This document shows, piece after piece, positions 1 through 11,552 of a DNA stretch of 64,000 bases (the first letter of the stretch is position 1; each line of letters begins with the position of its first letter). The stretch is from assembly GCA_016906335.1 (NCBI GenBank), contig JADEYG010000001.1, positions 1,674,001 to 1,738,000 of the forward strand, read 5' to 3'. The notes below the pieces were generated by a model that had not been told where the DNA came from, searched no databases, and was given only the letters and a program-made list of their open reading frames with translations. The position numbers and the translations under genes were made by a program. The DNA comes from Novakomyces olei. Lineage: Eukaryota.

Positions 1-29
1 GCAACGAAACGACGACGACTCGAGGCTGT

Positions 30-41
30 AAATAAACAAAC

Positions 42-73
<32 letters not shown>

Positions 74-92
74 AATTAATTAATTAATTAAA
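30..92. repeat. (AAAC/AAAT/TAAT)n microsatellite tract
   Basis: Directly visible simple tandem repeats. Confidence 0.85.
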
Positions 93-239
93 TGCCTTCT
101 CCATATACGGCGTATACTTCTATCAATCACTCCTCTTTAGGTACTAATATTCTCGCTCAACATGTAACATTAGTGAACTACGTATTTTAATCTTCATACA
201 CATAAAACTACATTAAATACTCATAATCCGTTTAGAAAT

Positions 240-2244
240 TCAAAGCTCAATCAGTGACTCCTCGGCTACTGGTTGCTGAGAAGCTTTGCTATATGTTTGA
301 GGTATAACAGGTTGCGGCTCCGGCTGAGCATTAACAGGATAGTGACCATTATTACGCTCAGAATTTCCAGCCGTATTATAATACGGGTTGCTTCTCTCTG
401 TATAATAATAAGAAGAGGGCGGCGGATGCGATTCACCGCCTGTAAACTGTGGAGCCGGAGGCTCCACTGAGGCCGGTGGAAGCGATCCCCGACCATAAAA
501 TCCGGGATCTCCTTTAGCAGGCCCACCATATAAAGGCAATTGTTCCCCAAAATTTGGAACCCGTCCTGATACATCCGCACTATAGCTGAATTCATTCTGA
601 GGCGGCTGCTGTTGCGAAAAGGCTGGAGCGGAAAAGTTCTCGGTTCTTCGAGCGTAAGCAGATGATAAACGTTCTTCTAACAACGCATCATAGTACCGAA
701 TAGCCGTCCCAATTTTTGCATGCATGTCCGCCAATTTGTCTAAAAGTCAGATTGAGTTTTACACTAATATTAAAGGTAAAGCCTGCAAATACACAGAAAT
801 GTAAATGGACTTCAAAAGTGTGTATTCAATTTGATAAAACAATAAATGTTTAACATTTCATGTGGATCTCCAACATACCGTATCGTGACATTGATTCACC
901 AAGGCTTCGCATCAGACGTGGCCGTATTGCGCCCACTGTTTCGTAGAGTTCCTGCACCTTTGGCTCGCGTAAAATAGAGCCAGTCGGGGCTGACTTGAGT
1001 CTTTCAATTTGTGAAGCAAATAAATTAATGTTTTCCGCGTCTTGAGAAGGAAGCTCTGCATTGTCGTAAGCATTTAGAGAGTCGCTCATAGCGGCACTGG
1101 TCACTGGCTGTGTAGATAATGAGGGTCCCAAATCTTGAGCACGAGCATCAGCTAAACTTGCTTCAATAGCTGCTCGTAATTCTGCATCCTCTTTGTCTTC
1201 TTGTTCCTGCTGAGACTGTGCAGACAGACCCGCATCAGGTCTTGCTGCCTGTCTTTGTGAGTCTTGAAGAGAGAGTTCAAGTGCCCGTCGTAAATCATCG
1301 TCTTCCTGACCCGCAGGTTGCTCCAGAGCAGTCCGCGGTAAGGCTTTTGCTGCGCTTGCTGGAGACTCTAGAGCACCAGAAGGCTTGCGTCTTGCTTGAA
1401 TTTTGGCATAGCATCCGTCACAAACTCGTACAGGTGTAGTAATGCCCAAATGATGAAGCTCCAGTGTCTTGGAAGAACAGGCTTGATCAAACGTGTTACC
1501 GCAATTACGGCAATGGTGTTTCCTATTGGTAAAGGAGAATGGTGTACGGCAGCGCATACAAACATCCGAGTCACCCCACTCGGGAGGCTTTAAAAACAGT
1601 TAGCTTTATTCAGGGCCTCAAATATAAATATGCGTACCGCAGTAGAATCGATAAAGCTCAAAGGTATCTCTTCCGGAGGAGGGAACTCCAGTCCTTCCAG
1701 TTTTAGCTCGTTATACACTTGACTCGCATATTGAAACTGTGGCTTTGCTTTTGCCGCAAGCGCAAACATTTGTATGACGCGTAAGAGCGCCGTCTTCACA
1801 TCGAAATTCGACTTTTATGATTTTAGTATAATATTCGATTACGTTCTTGCTTTCGCTTTTGCAAACATGATGCCTTACACTCTGTCGATACAAGGATACG
1901 AGATCGTCGATAAACTCGCGCGATCCAATCTCCGCGAGAAAATGATCACCTCCATTTTTAAAGCAGGCCTCTACAAGTTTGAGTGCGGATATCTGTACAT
2001 TAGGATTGGCATGGCCGATCCGTCGCTTGAGCACGCGCATCGCATCTTTGGCTGGGACTTTTTTGCTTCGTATTTCATCGCAGGCCTCTAGTTCAGATAC
2101 AATATCTTCTTCACCGGCAGGTAGCGATTCAGACGTTGCCTTCACTAAATGTAATTAGTACATCGGCATGTCTATTGTTCACAAGATACCAACAAGCTGT
2201 TCAAATGCCGTAGCCGCAGCCGACATGCTGAACCAGCCAGACAT
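240..2244 (-). CDS. VPS27: Vacuolar protein sorting 27 (ESCRT-0; VHS-FYVE-UIM), 5 exons: 2244-2190, 2144-1879, 1811-1638, 1587-879, 739-240
   Basis: Spliced reading MSGWFS...VKATSESLP (VHS), [13 protein letters not shown]...RKHHCRNCG...RVCDGC (FYVE), two UIM-like helices ([18 protein letters not shown]) and C-terminal clathrin box LIEL. GT-AG introns keep frame. Confidence 0.95.
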
Positions 2245-2557
2245 GACTTTGACTGAGACTATGAGATTCCCGTTGATCTTTCAGGCTGTCCTTATAGACT
2301 CGCTCAACAAATATTAAAATGTGGGAACTACTAGACTAGCCCGCAAGATAGAGGCTATATTTGGGTCAGCAGTTGGAATATTTGTTATCTTCGACACGAT
2401 TTGAACAAAAGGGTTAGTTAGGGTTAGTATAATATGGATGTATCAGAGATTAGTTTTCTAGCTAGCTACCCAACAGCTTTGTTCAGTATGCAACTTTTAG
2501 AAAAGAATTTACAAGCGACCACGAAGCTAACGTAGGATATTTTAGAGGCTAGGATAT

Positions 2558-2603
2558 TAAAATAAAATAAAATAAAATAAAATAAATTAAAAATAAAATA
2601 AAT
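2558..2603. repeat. (AAAAT)n tract in the VPS27/GCD1 divergent intergenic region
   Basis: Directly visible. Confidence 0.8.
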
Positions 2604-2709
2604 AGTCATCTTTCGCTGTTGAAATGAGATTGCAGTTGTAATTGAGTCTGTGATTAACAATAAACTGGTGCAGTAACAAGAATTGATCTGGCAATAGGCA
2701 CTTTTGAGA

Positions 2710-4353
2710 ATGTTTTTCGATACAGTGGAACGCTCAAAGTCGTTCGCCAATGTATCGAACTCACAGGAGTTCCAGGCCGTAATCCTGGCGGGTTTTGGCA
2801 ACAAGTATCACTCTGAATTCTCTGCTCGCGCTGACATGTTTGTACAGTTTATCGCCTCTTACCGATGATTCCGCCGCAACTAAGGGTCTTTTGCCCGTCG
2901 CGAACAAGCCAATGCTGCATTACCCGCTGGAGTGGTGTGTACAGGCAGGCTTTTCTTGTATGCTACTGAAAAGTTGAACTTTATGACGCTAACTTTTTCA
3001 TTTTAGCTGTAATTGTCGTTTGTAACCAAGAAAGCGCAACATCTGTCACAAGCTGGATTAGGAATGACTACATGGGCCATATTAAAGTCAGCGTTGAATC
3101 GCCGTTTTCCTTAAACGATGCAGCAGGTACGGCTGAAGTAATCCGTGCTATTAGACACAAAATAAAGGTAATGAAAAAGCTACATCAATCAGAGCGCTAA
3201 TACCGCGAAAGGGAGACCTTATCGTTATTTCGTGCGATCTATTTATAAGCGTTCCACCTTACGAGATTCTAGATCATTACCGTTTAGAAGATCCCTCAGC
3301 GCTCATGGTATTCCATGATCTGTCTCGGCAAGAATCGTTAGGAAATCTTAAAGAGTTTGATAATTGTTATTTTACAGGCATAAATCACGAGAATGATCGT
3401 GTGCTATATTTCAAGCCTGCGGCTGACGTGGGCGATGAATTTGAAATGCGCAAGTCACTTTTGTGGAAATTTCCTCGGGTAACGGTGCACACCGAGCTGC
3501 AAGATGCCCATTTATATATTTTAAAAAGTTGGGTTTTGGATCTTGTCGTCAAAAATGAAAATATCTGCAGCTTAAGAGATGATTTAATACCCATTCTTGT
3601 ACGCTCTCAATACATGTCCGTCTTGAGGAGGCGACTCGGTCTTGATATGGGTAATTATTCATACAAATTTGTTATCTTATCAACTAGGCAATGACTCTCA
3701 AAACGAGAACCCTGATTTGCGAGTGGGTAGCCATTCGTCTGCTAAGGGTATCCGAGTGATGCCATTTATGGTTTCGCCAGCGCAGCTGTGTTTGCGAGCT
3801 AATAATTTGGCTTCTTACGTTGAACTGAATAGAAGGGTATATATAGATTTTGTTTACGTTTGCTACTTCTTTGTGTCTTGATTAACATGATCAGCTATCT
3901 CGGTTAAGTACGGACCAACAACGCATTTCTTCCTCCGCTGAAATTTCCACAAAATCTGTTGTTGGTGCAGATTGCTTAATCGGCAATCTGACCACGATTG
4001 GGGAAAAATGTAACATTAAGCGAAGTGTTGTAGGTTCACATTGCAAATTCGGTAAAGGCGTTAATATTACGAATTGCGTTATTATGGATGGCGTCGTCAT
4101 TCAGGATTAGTAAGTTTACGGTGAAGCTGACGTTATTAATAACTTTCTAGTGCGCGATTGGACAGCTGTATCTTGTGCAGAGGCAGTGTTATCGGGTCAA
4201 AGGCAAAACTTTCCAACTGCAATGTTGGCTTAAACTTCCATGTCGACTCGGAAAGTGAGTAACCCAATTCTGTGCTTTTACTAACAATAAACAGCCTCCG
4301 GGAAAAACGAAAATTTTATGGAAATGGAACAAGTCATGACCGAATCGGATTAA
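2710..4353 (+). CDS. GCD1: Translation initiation factor eIF2B gamma subunit, multi-exon
   Basis: EFQAVILAGFGN...KGLLPVANKPMLHYPLEW nucleotidyltransferase-like N-terminus, LQDAHLYIL motif, C-terminal hexapeptide repeats (VGADCLIG, IKRSVVGSHCKFG). Several short introns. Stop TAA at 4351-4353. Confidence 0.88.
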
Positions 4354-4488
4354 ATAAAACGTTGTCTTTTATATTTGCTTGTATAGAAACTAACCATTTA
4401 ATGATTAACCACTTTGTTTTGCAATATAAAAAAATGCAAATACACTTGCCCTCTCCCTTTAATGAATTCTGAGCCTCAGAGCAGCCTT

Positions 4489-6192
4489 TTAACAAGGGTA
4501 GGAGAAAATTCCCTTGTGACGACGCCGTTCGAGACGGTTCAAATGATGCTGCATATTCTTCACGTTCTCTGCCGCATGTTTTCCTATTTCATGCTCCACT
4601 TTAGAGACCGTATCCTCATCGTTCTTGCTATCATGAGCGTGAGCCACTGAAGCACTTAGTCTCTCTGCCGAGTACGACGGGGCAAAGGCATGGACTTCCA
4701 AGTCATCAGCAGTAAGCAAATGCTCCATTACAGTGACAAGGTCACTTACAAGCCGATCGACCAGACTGGAAGAGAAACTTTCACGCACAACAACTCTAAG
4801 AATTTCCGAATCCTGCTCGTTTGGCGGCAAAGGATAATTTGGAATAATCCAGCCTTTATTACGGAGCAATGAAGAGACAAGAACCTGTTTAAGATCAGGA
4901 CGCTTACTGCGAAGCTCATCAGTGAAGCGAAATGCAACAACAGGTAGTCCGAAATTGTAATCGTTAGGATCTTCAATTCCCGTAATTGCCTGGGTAGGGC
5001 TGAATCCCCATTTACCACGCTCACGATGAACATCGCTCACACATTCAAAGAAGCCAGAAGCTTCAATTGCCTTGGACAGGATTCGAGCATTCAATAAATC
5101 ACTGCTGGCAATAGCACGATAGCCCTCAAACCCAAGGTGGAGAAAGTTAAAGTACTGTGCAATTACTTGAGCTCCAGGTCGGGAAAAGTTGAGAGTAAAT
5201 GAATCTTCAGTGGAACCAAGGTAATGCAGTTCAAAAATAAGATCGCGGGGCAAGAATTGTTCATCCCTCCACAATATCCAGCCAAGACCAGCGTAAACAA
5301 GACCAAATTTGTGTCCACTGCAGTTTATAGATTTAACCCTGGGCAACTCGAATGACCACTTGAGTTTGGGGTACACAAAGGGTGCAACCATTCCGCCGGA
5401 AGCTCCATCAACATGAATCGGGACATCATTACCCGTTCGCTCCTGATAGTCGTCGAGGATTTTTGAAACTGCCTCCACGTCTTCAAAGTGGCCGGTGTAA
5501 GTTGAGCCTAGAATGCAATACACCCCAACTGTATTCTCATCGACATAGTCCAGTAAATGGCTATGATCCATCACGTAATGTGATTCACGTGTAACCGGGA
5601 CAATACGCGCCTCCACGTCAAAGTACCTTGCAAATTTCTCCAGTGAGCAGTGGGCATTAGCTCCGAGAATAATATTGGGCCGATCCGTGGATTTGCCTTC
5701 CGCCTTACGTTTAATCTGCCAGCGTCTTTTCATGGCCAAGCCGCCCAGCAAAATCGCTTCACTGCTGCCAGTAGTAGCACTGCCGATAGGGTTTTCTCCG
5801 TGCTGAACCTTCCACAGACGAGCAATCATTGAAACGCACCGGGAGTGAAGCGCCTGAAGGGCAGGATACTCTTCGCCGTCGGCCAAGTTCTTTGATATAT
5901 TCTCCATAATAAGCTTATTAGCTTCGGGCTCCATCCAAGTGTGAACAAAGCTGGCCAGGTTCAGATTGGGAAGCCCATCAAAATCCAGTTCATCGTGCAC
6001 GAGCTGGTAGGCCGACTGAGCTCCAACGCCTTTGCCAGGCAGCTCGTACTTTGGCACAGGCTCGGAAGAAGCATAGCGCTGAGAGTAAGGCGACATTACC
6101 GTGCTCCCGAGCAATTGTGCCGCCTGTCGGTGGCCAGGGTTGCGAATCTTGCGCAGTACATCCTCCGGGTTGACACTTCTGCTCAAGACCAT
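4489..6192 (-). CDS. GAD1: Glutamate decarboxylase (PLP-dependent group II), intronless
   Basis: NLASFV, TTGSSEA, IHVDGASGG, SGHKFG (PLP lysine), GWIIPNY. First ATG is at 6192 (the ORF track starts at a TTG). Confidence 0.95.
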   Translation of the reverse strand: MVLSRSVNPEDVLRKIRNPGHRQAAQLLGSTVMSPYSQRYASSEPVPKYELPGKGVGAQSAYQLVHDELDFDGLPNLNLASFVHTWMEPEANKLIMENISKNLADGEEYPALQALHSRCVSMIARLWKVQHGENPIGSATTGSSEAILLGGLAMKRRWQIKRKAEGKSTDRPNIILGANAHCSLEKFARYFDVEARIVPVTRESHYVMDHSHLLDYVDENTVGVYCILGSTYTGHFEDVEAVSKILDDYQERTGNDVPIHVDGASGGMVAPFVYPKLKWSFELPRVKSINCSGHKFGLVYAGLGWILWRDEQFLPRDLIFELHYLGSTEDSFTLNFSRPGAQVIAQYFNFLHLGFEGYRAIASSDLLNARILSKAIEASGFFECVSDVHRERGKWGFSPTQAITGIEDPNDYNFGLPVVAFRFTDELRSKRPDLKQVLVSSLLRNKGWIIPNYPLPPNEQDSEILRVVVRESFSSSLVDRLVSDLVTVMEHLLTADDLEVHAFAPSYSAERLSASVAHAHDSKNDEDTVSKVEHEIGKHAAENVKNMQHHLNRLERRRHKGIFSYPC

Positions 6193-6696
6193 TGCCAATG
6201 TGTATCAAAAAATGTATCAAGGGCCTTTGACGCGAAGATGGAACGGTAGACGAATCACAAAGATGATGAATCTTAAGAGAAAACAAACTCAGACGCAATG
6301 GCAATTTTTGCTACAACAATTGGTGGTCTGACGGGATTGTAAGACTGAACCCAAATTTTGTCAGTTGCTCTTACTGTAAACTTTTGATTGCCGGATCGGT
6401 TCTTATAACAGGCACTGCCGTCGATCCCCGTGTCAGTGATGAAATACAAGTAATACAGATTATAATAATAGTAGACTCGTGCGTCATTTAATATATACTA
6501 TTGGTACTATTATTATTACACGTTAATAACGGCAACGTTTTGCGATATACTGAAATATTTACCCTTTGCATTTATCGTACAGCAAATGTACTCGACGATG
6601 GCGCTCGGATAGAGCAGTATCACAAGCGCGACAAGCGCATTATTGCAACTTGAAATAGAATAGCTAAAATGTCCATATGAGAATGTAAATGCGGAA

Positions 6697-8040
6697 TTAA
6701 AGAGCCGTCAGTTGCGGCGCACCCGCAGATGGCGCTGAGCTGAACCGTGTTTGAATAAAAAATTTTTCGAGGCCAGGTACTTGTTCGTCAAACAACTTGT
6801 ATCCCTTGGCAGCATCTTTCAAGTCAATACGGTGCGTCATGACCATGAGCGGGTTTACGCGGCCAGGAATTATATAGTCGCCCAATATTTCATCCCAATA
6901 CTTTTGCACAGGCGCCTGTCCGTTACCGATAAAGCGTATCCCGCGTTCCATGACTGAGCCAATGTTGAAATGGTTCGTAAACCCTGCGTAGATTCCCGTA
7001 ATACCGCAAGTTCCAAAAGGGCGAACAGACAAAATCATCTCGTTCACTATATCAGACGTATCTGTTTCCAGCGCTAAACTCATCTCCACCTTGTGCAAAA
7101 AAGATTTAGCAAACTCGCCACTAGCACACTCTATCGCTACATCCACACCGCCAGGGACCAATTCGCGTACCCTGCTGGATACTCCGTTTGGGCAGTCGTT
7201 GGAGAAATCAATCACCTCCATCCCGGGAACCTTTTCAGGCGCATTTTTAATGCGCCAGCCATGGTCAATGCCGATTACACGTTTTGCGCCCTTTGCAAAG
7301 GCCCACATTGCTGCGAGTAGGCCTACTGCCCCTAATCCCCACACTGCTACAATACTGCCGGGGACAACGTTAGAGTCAGTTACTGCGTGGTAGGACGTAA
7401 CAAGTACGTCCGAAAGGTAAAGTGCCTTTTCGTCCGGCACTGAGTCTGGGATGCGTAGCAAGTTTACGTCGCCTAGTGGCACGCGCACAAACTCGGCCTG
7501 ACCCCCAGCAAACCCGCCCGTCAAATGTCCATAGCCAAACATGCCGGCCGTGCGTGAACCGAACAGTTCCTTGGCGAAGGCACTGTCGTTAGTGTGCTCG
7601 CAGACACTGCTGAGCTTCTCTTTACAAAATCGGCAAGCACCGCAGGCGATCTGGAACGAGGCTACCACCCGATCGCCCGGTCTAATCCTCTCCACCTGCG
7701 GCCCAACACTTTCAACAATACCCATAAACTCGTGGCCAAGAATATCACCGCTACGTAGAGTCGGCACTGATTCGTGCAGCAAGTGCCTGTCAGATCCGCA
7801 GATAGTTGTGCCTGTCACCTTGAGAATTACATCGCCGGCATCCACCAGCTTAGGCTTGGGTACTTTCTCCACGCGCACATCATTATGCCCGCGCCAGACG
7901 AGTGCTAACATTTGTTCGCCGTCCGTATCGGCCGCAACATCAGGATGCTGCAGTGGCTGCGTATGTGTAGACACAACTGCGTCTCCACGCTGCGAGTCCA
8001 AATAGTCCTCCAACTTGTTTGCCACAAAATTCACTGCCAT
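6697..8040 (-). CDS. Zinc-dependent MDR alcohol/formaldehyde dehydrogenase-like protein
   Basis: ICGSD, GHEFMG, CGACRFC..C structural Zn site, GLGAVG Rossmann motif. Intronless, with a TATA about 45 nt upstream. Confidence 0.9.
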   Translation of the reverse strand: MAVNFVANKLEDYLDSQRGDAVVSTHTQPLQHPDVAADTDGEQMLALVWRGHNDVRVEKVPKPKLVDAGDVILKVTGTTICGSDRHLLHESVPTLRSGDILGHEFMGIVESVGPQVERIRPGDRVVASFQIACGACRFCKEKLSSVCEHTNDSAFAKELFGSRTAGMFGYGHLTGGFAGGQAEFVRVPLGDVNLLRIPDSVPDEKALYLSDVLVTSYHAVTDSNVVPGSIVAVWGLGAVGLLAAMWAFAKGAKRVIGIDHGWRIKNAPEKVPGMEVIDFSNDCPNGVSSRVRELVPGGVDVAIECASGEFAKSFLHKVEMSLALETDTSDIVNEMILSVRPFGTCGITGIYAGFTNHFNIGSVMERGIRFIGNGQAPVQKYWDEILGDYIIPGRVNPLMVMTHRIDLKDAAKGYKLFDEQVPGLEKFFIQTRFSSAPSAGAPQLTAL

Positions 8041-8684
8041 AGTTTTTGATTGCCGTGGACCCGGCCAGCGTCCTCTTCGCGTATATATACATCTCTGACG
8101 GGTTTCCGATTGACGTCAATACTGAACATCTACACGAGGACAAAACAGGCAATCTCCACGATCGATTTCATTTCAAGCTATCTTCTAACTAACCCTAACA
8201 CGATAAAGAATATTAACCCTAAATAGTTTAATTCTACTGTCCAAGTGGAACCCAAACTTATATTAGGCTTAGGGTTAGTTATGTGAAACAAGAATACACA
8301 TATATATAGATATATAGCGTACCTAAATATATTATCCGTCTTAACAATCACTACGTGCGCTAACTACGACAAGAATGTCAAAATTCGATACGCTAGAGCT
8401 GAAACTGAAAAGGATAAAACTGATATTGCATTCGAGTTATTCAAATTACTAAATCCAATACAACAAAGCGCGCCGCCATACTATATAAATCGGTTTTATA
8501 TAAATCGATTTTTTACAAATCGGTTTATTATATATAGTCGCTGCAATTATGATTCACCAACTAATCCTAACCCTAACCGTCACAATGACAGTGTATAGTA
8601 TATGATATAATCTCAATTGACAAACCCAAAGCTTAGCACAGTTACTAACGCGACACTTTGCGACGTGAGCCGTCCACGACACCG

Positions 8685-11552
8685 CTACTTTATGTAAAAG
8701 TAGTCTGCGATAAAGACGCACTCCTCGGGCTCTTGCCCCATGATCTGCTTGTAGTGCGCACTGTGGAGAGCAATGTCATGAAGGGCAGTTCCGTTCGCCG
8801 CGAGAAACAGGCGCGACGCAGAATCTGCAAATAGGCAAACAAAAGGCAAATAGACATTTCCCCTTGTATCCAGACCCACAACGTGGCCAGTCCCAGAATC
8901 TTGATGGAGAATGGTTAGTTGGCTGTTTTGAGGAATGGCAATTGTTTCTGCAAACCGCAAGCGGCTGACGCCGAACGCTTGCAGCTCGTTTGCATAAGCG
9001 TGCATCACTCTTTCATCCGAATCAAAGACAATCTCCCCAGAATCGGTGGCCACAAACTCCGGTCCAGTCACTGTTAGCGCCTGCAATGTCGATCCTAGTC
9101 CGGACTGCACTTTGGTGACGTATATGTTGCCATCCGCGTTTGGCGTAAGCTCGTAATTTCCGTCGGCAGAGATGAGCCGGATTACAGACGGTTCCTGCAG
9201 CGCTGCCCCATCAGTGTCCTCCGGGTATTCTCGCTTTAGCACGTTCCAGCAATAAGAATACTTTGGTCCGCTCCAGGACGAGAGTCCGATTTTAAACCTG
9301 TCTGCTATATTGACCGACACGGAATTGTCGATTCCCAATTCAATATTGATGCCCTTGTGGCATGCATCTTCTTGGTCGTCTGTGACCGTTGCACTTAGGT
9401 ACAGGGCTGGTTTTTCGGATACGGCCGCCTGGAGTTTGTATTTGCCATTTAAGAGATCCAGGCCGAAAGCTAGACTTAATTGCAGAAAAAGCTCGGCTCT
9501 CAGCTGAACACTTTGTGTACAATTCCAGATGGGCTCAACATGCGGTACCCATCCGCTTGAGTGGCAGTTTGCACTGCTGAACAAGTCGAGATGTGCAGTA
9601 AATTCAGGCCATTGCAGACGGAATCCGGCTAGGACTTTGACTTTACCATTAATTTCTACTCCGGTGCCAACTTCTAACGTCATCTCCGGTCCGAGAACAA
9701 GAACACCTGGAATTGCAAAGTTGCTTAGCGGCGCGCCAAAAAGTTGGACCGTTTTGTCCGCGCCAAGTGGGAATTTGATGTCTAAACCAAGCGCCTCCTG
9801 TGCCGTCAGACTACCACTCAAATCAATGGTTCCTTTGGTGAGTCCGTCCTTTAGGGTAAAGCTGAACACGGCTGCCGCATTCATGTCGAATGTGACTCCA
9901 CAGCTTACACAATACAGTGTACTTTTAACATCACTGCCAACCTCAGTAAGAGAAATACCTTTTTGACCAAAAATCGTGTCCTCACCGGACCAGACGGTGG
10001 AGAAATGGAAGGATTGGCTCAGCTTTATATCGGAGAATAATCTGTTCAGACTGTCTATCGCCTCTTTGGCTCTGCGGAGTGCTTCTTCAATCGCCTTTTT
10101 AATGTCATCCCACCACCAACGTTTCAGCAATGTGTGGCCAACATGCTTGTGAGCCACGGATACAACTTCCTGAGACAGAGAGCTTTCTTGGAACGTTTCT
10201 AGCCCGTACTTCCTGTCTAGCTCTTGGTCAAATGCTCCAGCACTAGCAGTCTCATTGGCAAAATTAACGAGGCCGCTAAGACCTCCGATGCGCCAGTCGT
10301 TTACGAGGACCGTAATCTCTGTACTGTCTCCGACATAATCCTCAAAGGTTATGTGCTCAATCTCTAGGGCAATTGCCTTTTGATCACGGTCCATCTTGAC
10401 TGACTTTACCAGAGCATAGCCTCGTTCGCCCTGGTTGCGAGCAGCACAACCTTCATGGTTTGTTACTACCACAAAGGGCTTGGCTGATCTCCAATTGTCA
10501 TGGGCTGCCTTTAAAGCTGACAGGGACGCAAAGGTAACACGGGCAGATTTGTCATCACACGTGACGGCTTCCACGTGGGCACTGTTCTCTAACTGCACTG
10601 CAGGATAATTGGCAGAGGGGACGGCCATATGAACTTCACGGGGCGCTTTTTGGCCGGGCAGAGAAGAGTAAAAAAATGATTGCTCATGCTGCACAAACAG
10701 TGTTTGTATTTCAGACGCATAAGCCCCGGGATTCGGGAGGGGCAACAGGTTCACACTCTCCGCTTTCTTTGGTTTTGGAAAGGATGTATTCTTATCCCCG
10801 GATTGGGCACCAATCTTTTCTTTCGTTTGGCTATTTTGGTTTTGATTGCCTTTTGCATTGCATTCCTCCAGCTTGACTCCGGTGGTATTGCTCTCAGACG
10901 TTAAATTTTGTGCTCGAGGTAGGGTGGCATTGCAATGCGCTTCTCTAGAAATGTTCACCAACCTATTATTATTCTCAGGTTTCGTCGACTGCAGATTATT
11001 TTCCGGTGGACTGGTTTCGTTCCGTGAAACGTGGGATAGAACAGTATTATTATCCACGTCCGTGAAATTCCCCAAATATTTTGAATCAAACGGGGTTTCA
11101 GGTAAACCGCTCGAATTAGAAAGCAATGTACCAAATTCTACCAATTCGGGCACTTTTGTCACTTCGCTGCTCTGCAGTGTTGGACTGGCTGGCGAAAAAC
11201 TTGTGTATTGGGAAAGGCTTGTGTTTTCCACGAAAGGGTTTTTCTTTTTATCCGAAGCAAGTGGTAAAGAGGGCCAGTCACTTTGCGATATATCTCCGAA
11301 TCCCGTGGTGGAGACTCTTTCACGAGCGTAAAAGTGCAGTTCAGGTGCAGCAGATGTTGTCAGATTTGCACCAGCTCTTGTAGAATTGTCTGGCACAATA
11401 ATTAGAGTCTTTGGTGCGACAGTTTCAGATTGATTAACTGTCGATATGGTCGGGCTAATATTTTTGACGTTTATTTTAGGCAATCGCTCCCAAGGATCGG
11501 CTTGGGATTCGCCAAGCAATAGTGCCAATACAGGAACAAGACAGAAATACAT
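8685..11552 (-). CDS. Large secreted fungal protein of unknown function (about 955 aa): signal peptide, Ser/Thr/Asn-rich region, beta-rich Cys-containing domains, KR processing sites
   Basis: Long intronless ORF. First in-frame ATG gives MYFCLVPVLALLLGESQA (signal-like). Many NxS/T sites; LLKR|WWW and VLKR|EY; YCVSCG and IPGVLVLGP motifs resemble an uncharacterised fungal secreted family. Confidence 0.75.
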   Translation of the reverse strand: MYFCLVPVLALLLGESQADPWERLPKINVKNISPTISTVNQSETVAPKTLIIVPDNSTRAGANLTTSAAPELHFYARERVSTTGFGDISQSDWPSLPLASDKKKNPFVENTSLSQYTSFSPASPTLQSSEVTKVPELVEFGTLLSNSSGLPETPFDSKYLGNFTDVDNNTVLSHVSRNETSPPENNLQSTKPENNNRLVNISREAHCNATLPRAQNLTSESNTTGVKLEECNAKGNQNQNSQTKEKIGAQSGDKNTSFPKPKKAESVNLLPLPNPGAYASEIQTLFVQHEQSFFYSSLPGQKAPREVHMAVPSANYPAVQLENSAHVEAVTCDDKSARVTFASLSALKAAHDNWRSAKPFVVVTNHEGCAARNQGERGYALVKSVKMDRDQKAIALEIEHITFEDYVGDSTEITVLVNDWRIGGLSGLVNFANETASAGAFDQELDRKYGLETFQESSLSQEVVSVAHKHVGHTLLKRWWWDDIKKAIEEALRRAKEAIDSLNRLFSDIKLSQSFHFSTVWSGEDTIFGQKGISLTEVGSDVKSTLYCVSCGVTFDMNAAAVFSFTLKDGLTKGTIDLSGSLTAQEALGLDIKFPLGADKTVQLFGAPLSNFAIPGVLVLGPEMTLEVGTGVEINGKVKVLAGFRLQWPEFTAHLDLFSSANCHSSGWVPHVEPIWNCTQSVQLRAELFLQLSLAFGLDLLNGKYKLQAAVSEKPALYLSATVTDDQEDACHKGINIELGIDNSVSVNIADRFKIGLSSWSGPKYSYCWNVLKREYPEDTDGAALQEPSVIRLISADGNYELTPNADGNIYVTKVQSGLGSTLQALTVTGPEFVATDSGEIVFDSDERVMHAYANELQAFGVSRLRFAETIAIPQNSQLTILHQDSGTGHVVGLDTRGNVYLPFVCLFADSASRLFLAANGTALHDIALHSAHYKQIMGQEPEECVFIADYFYIK

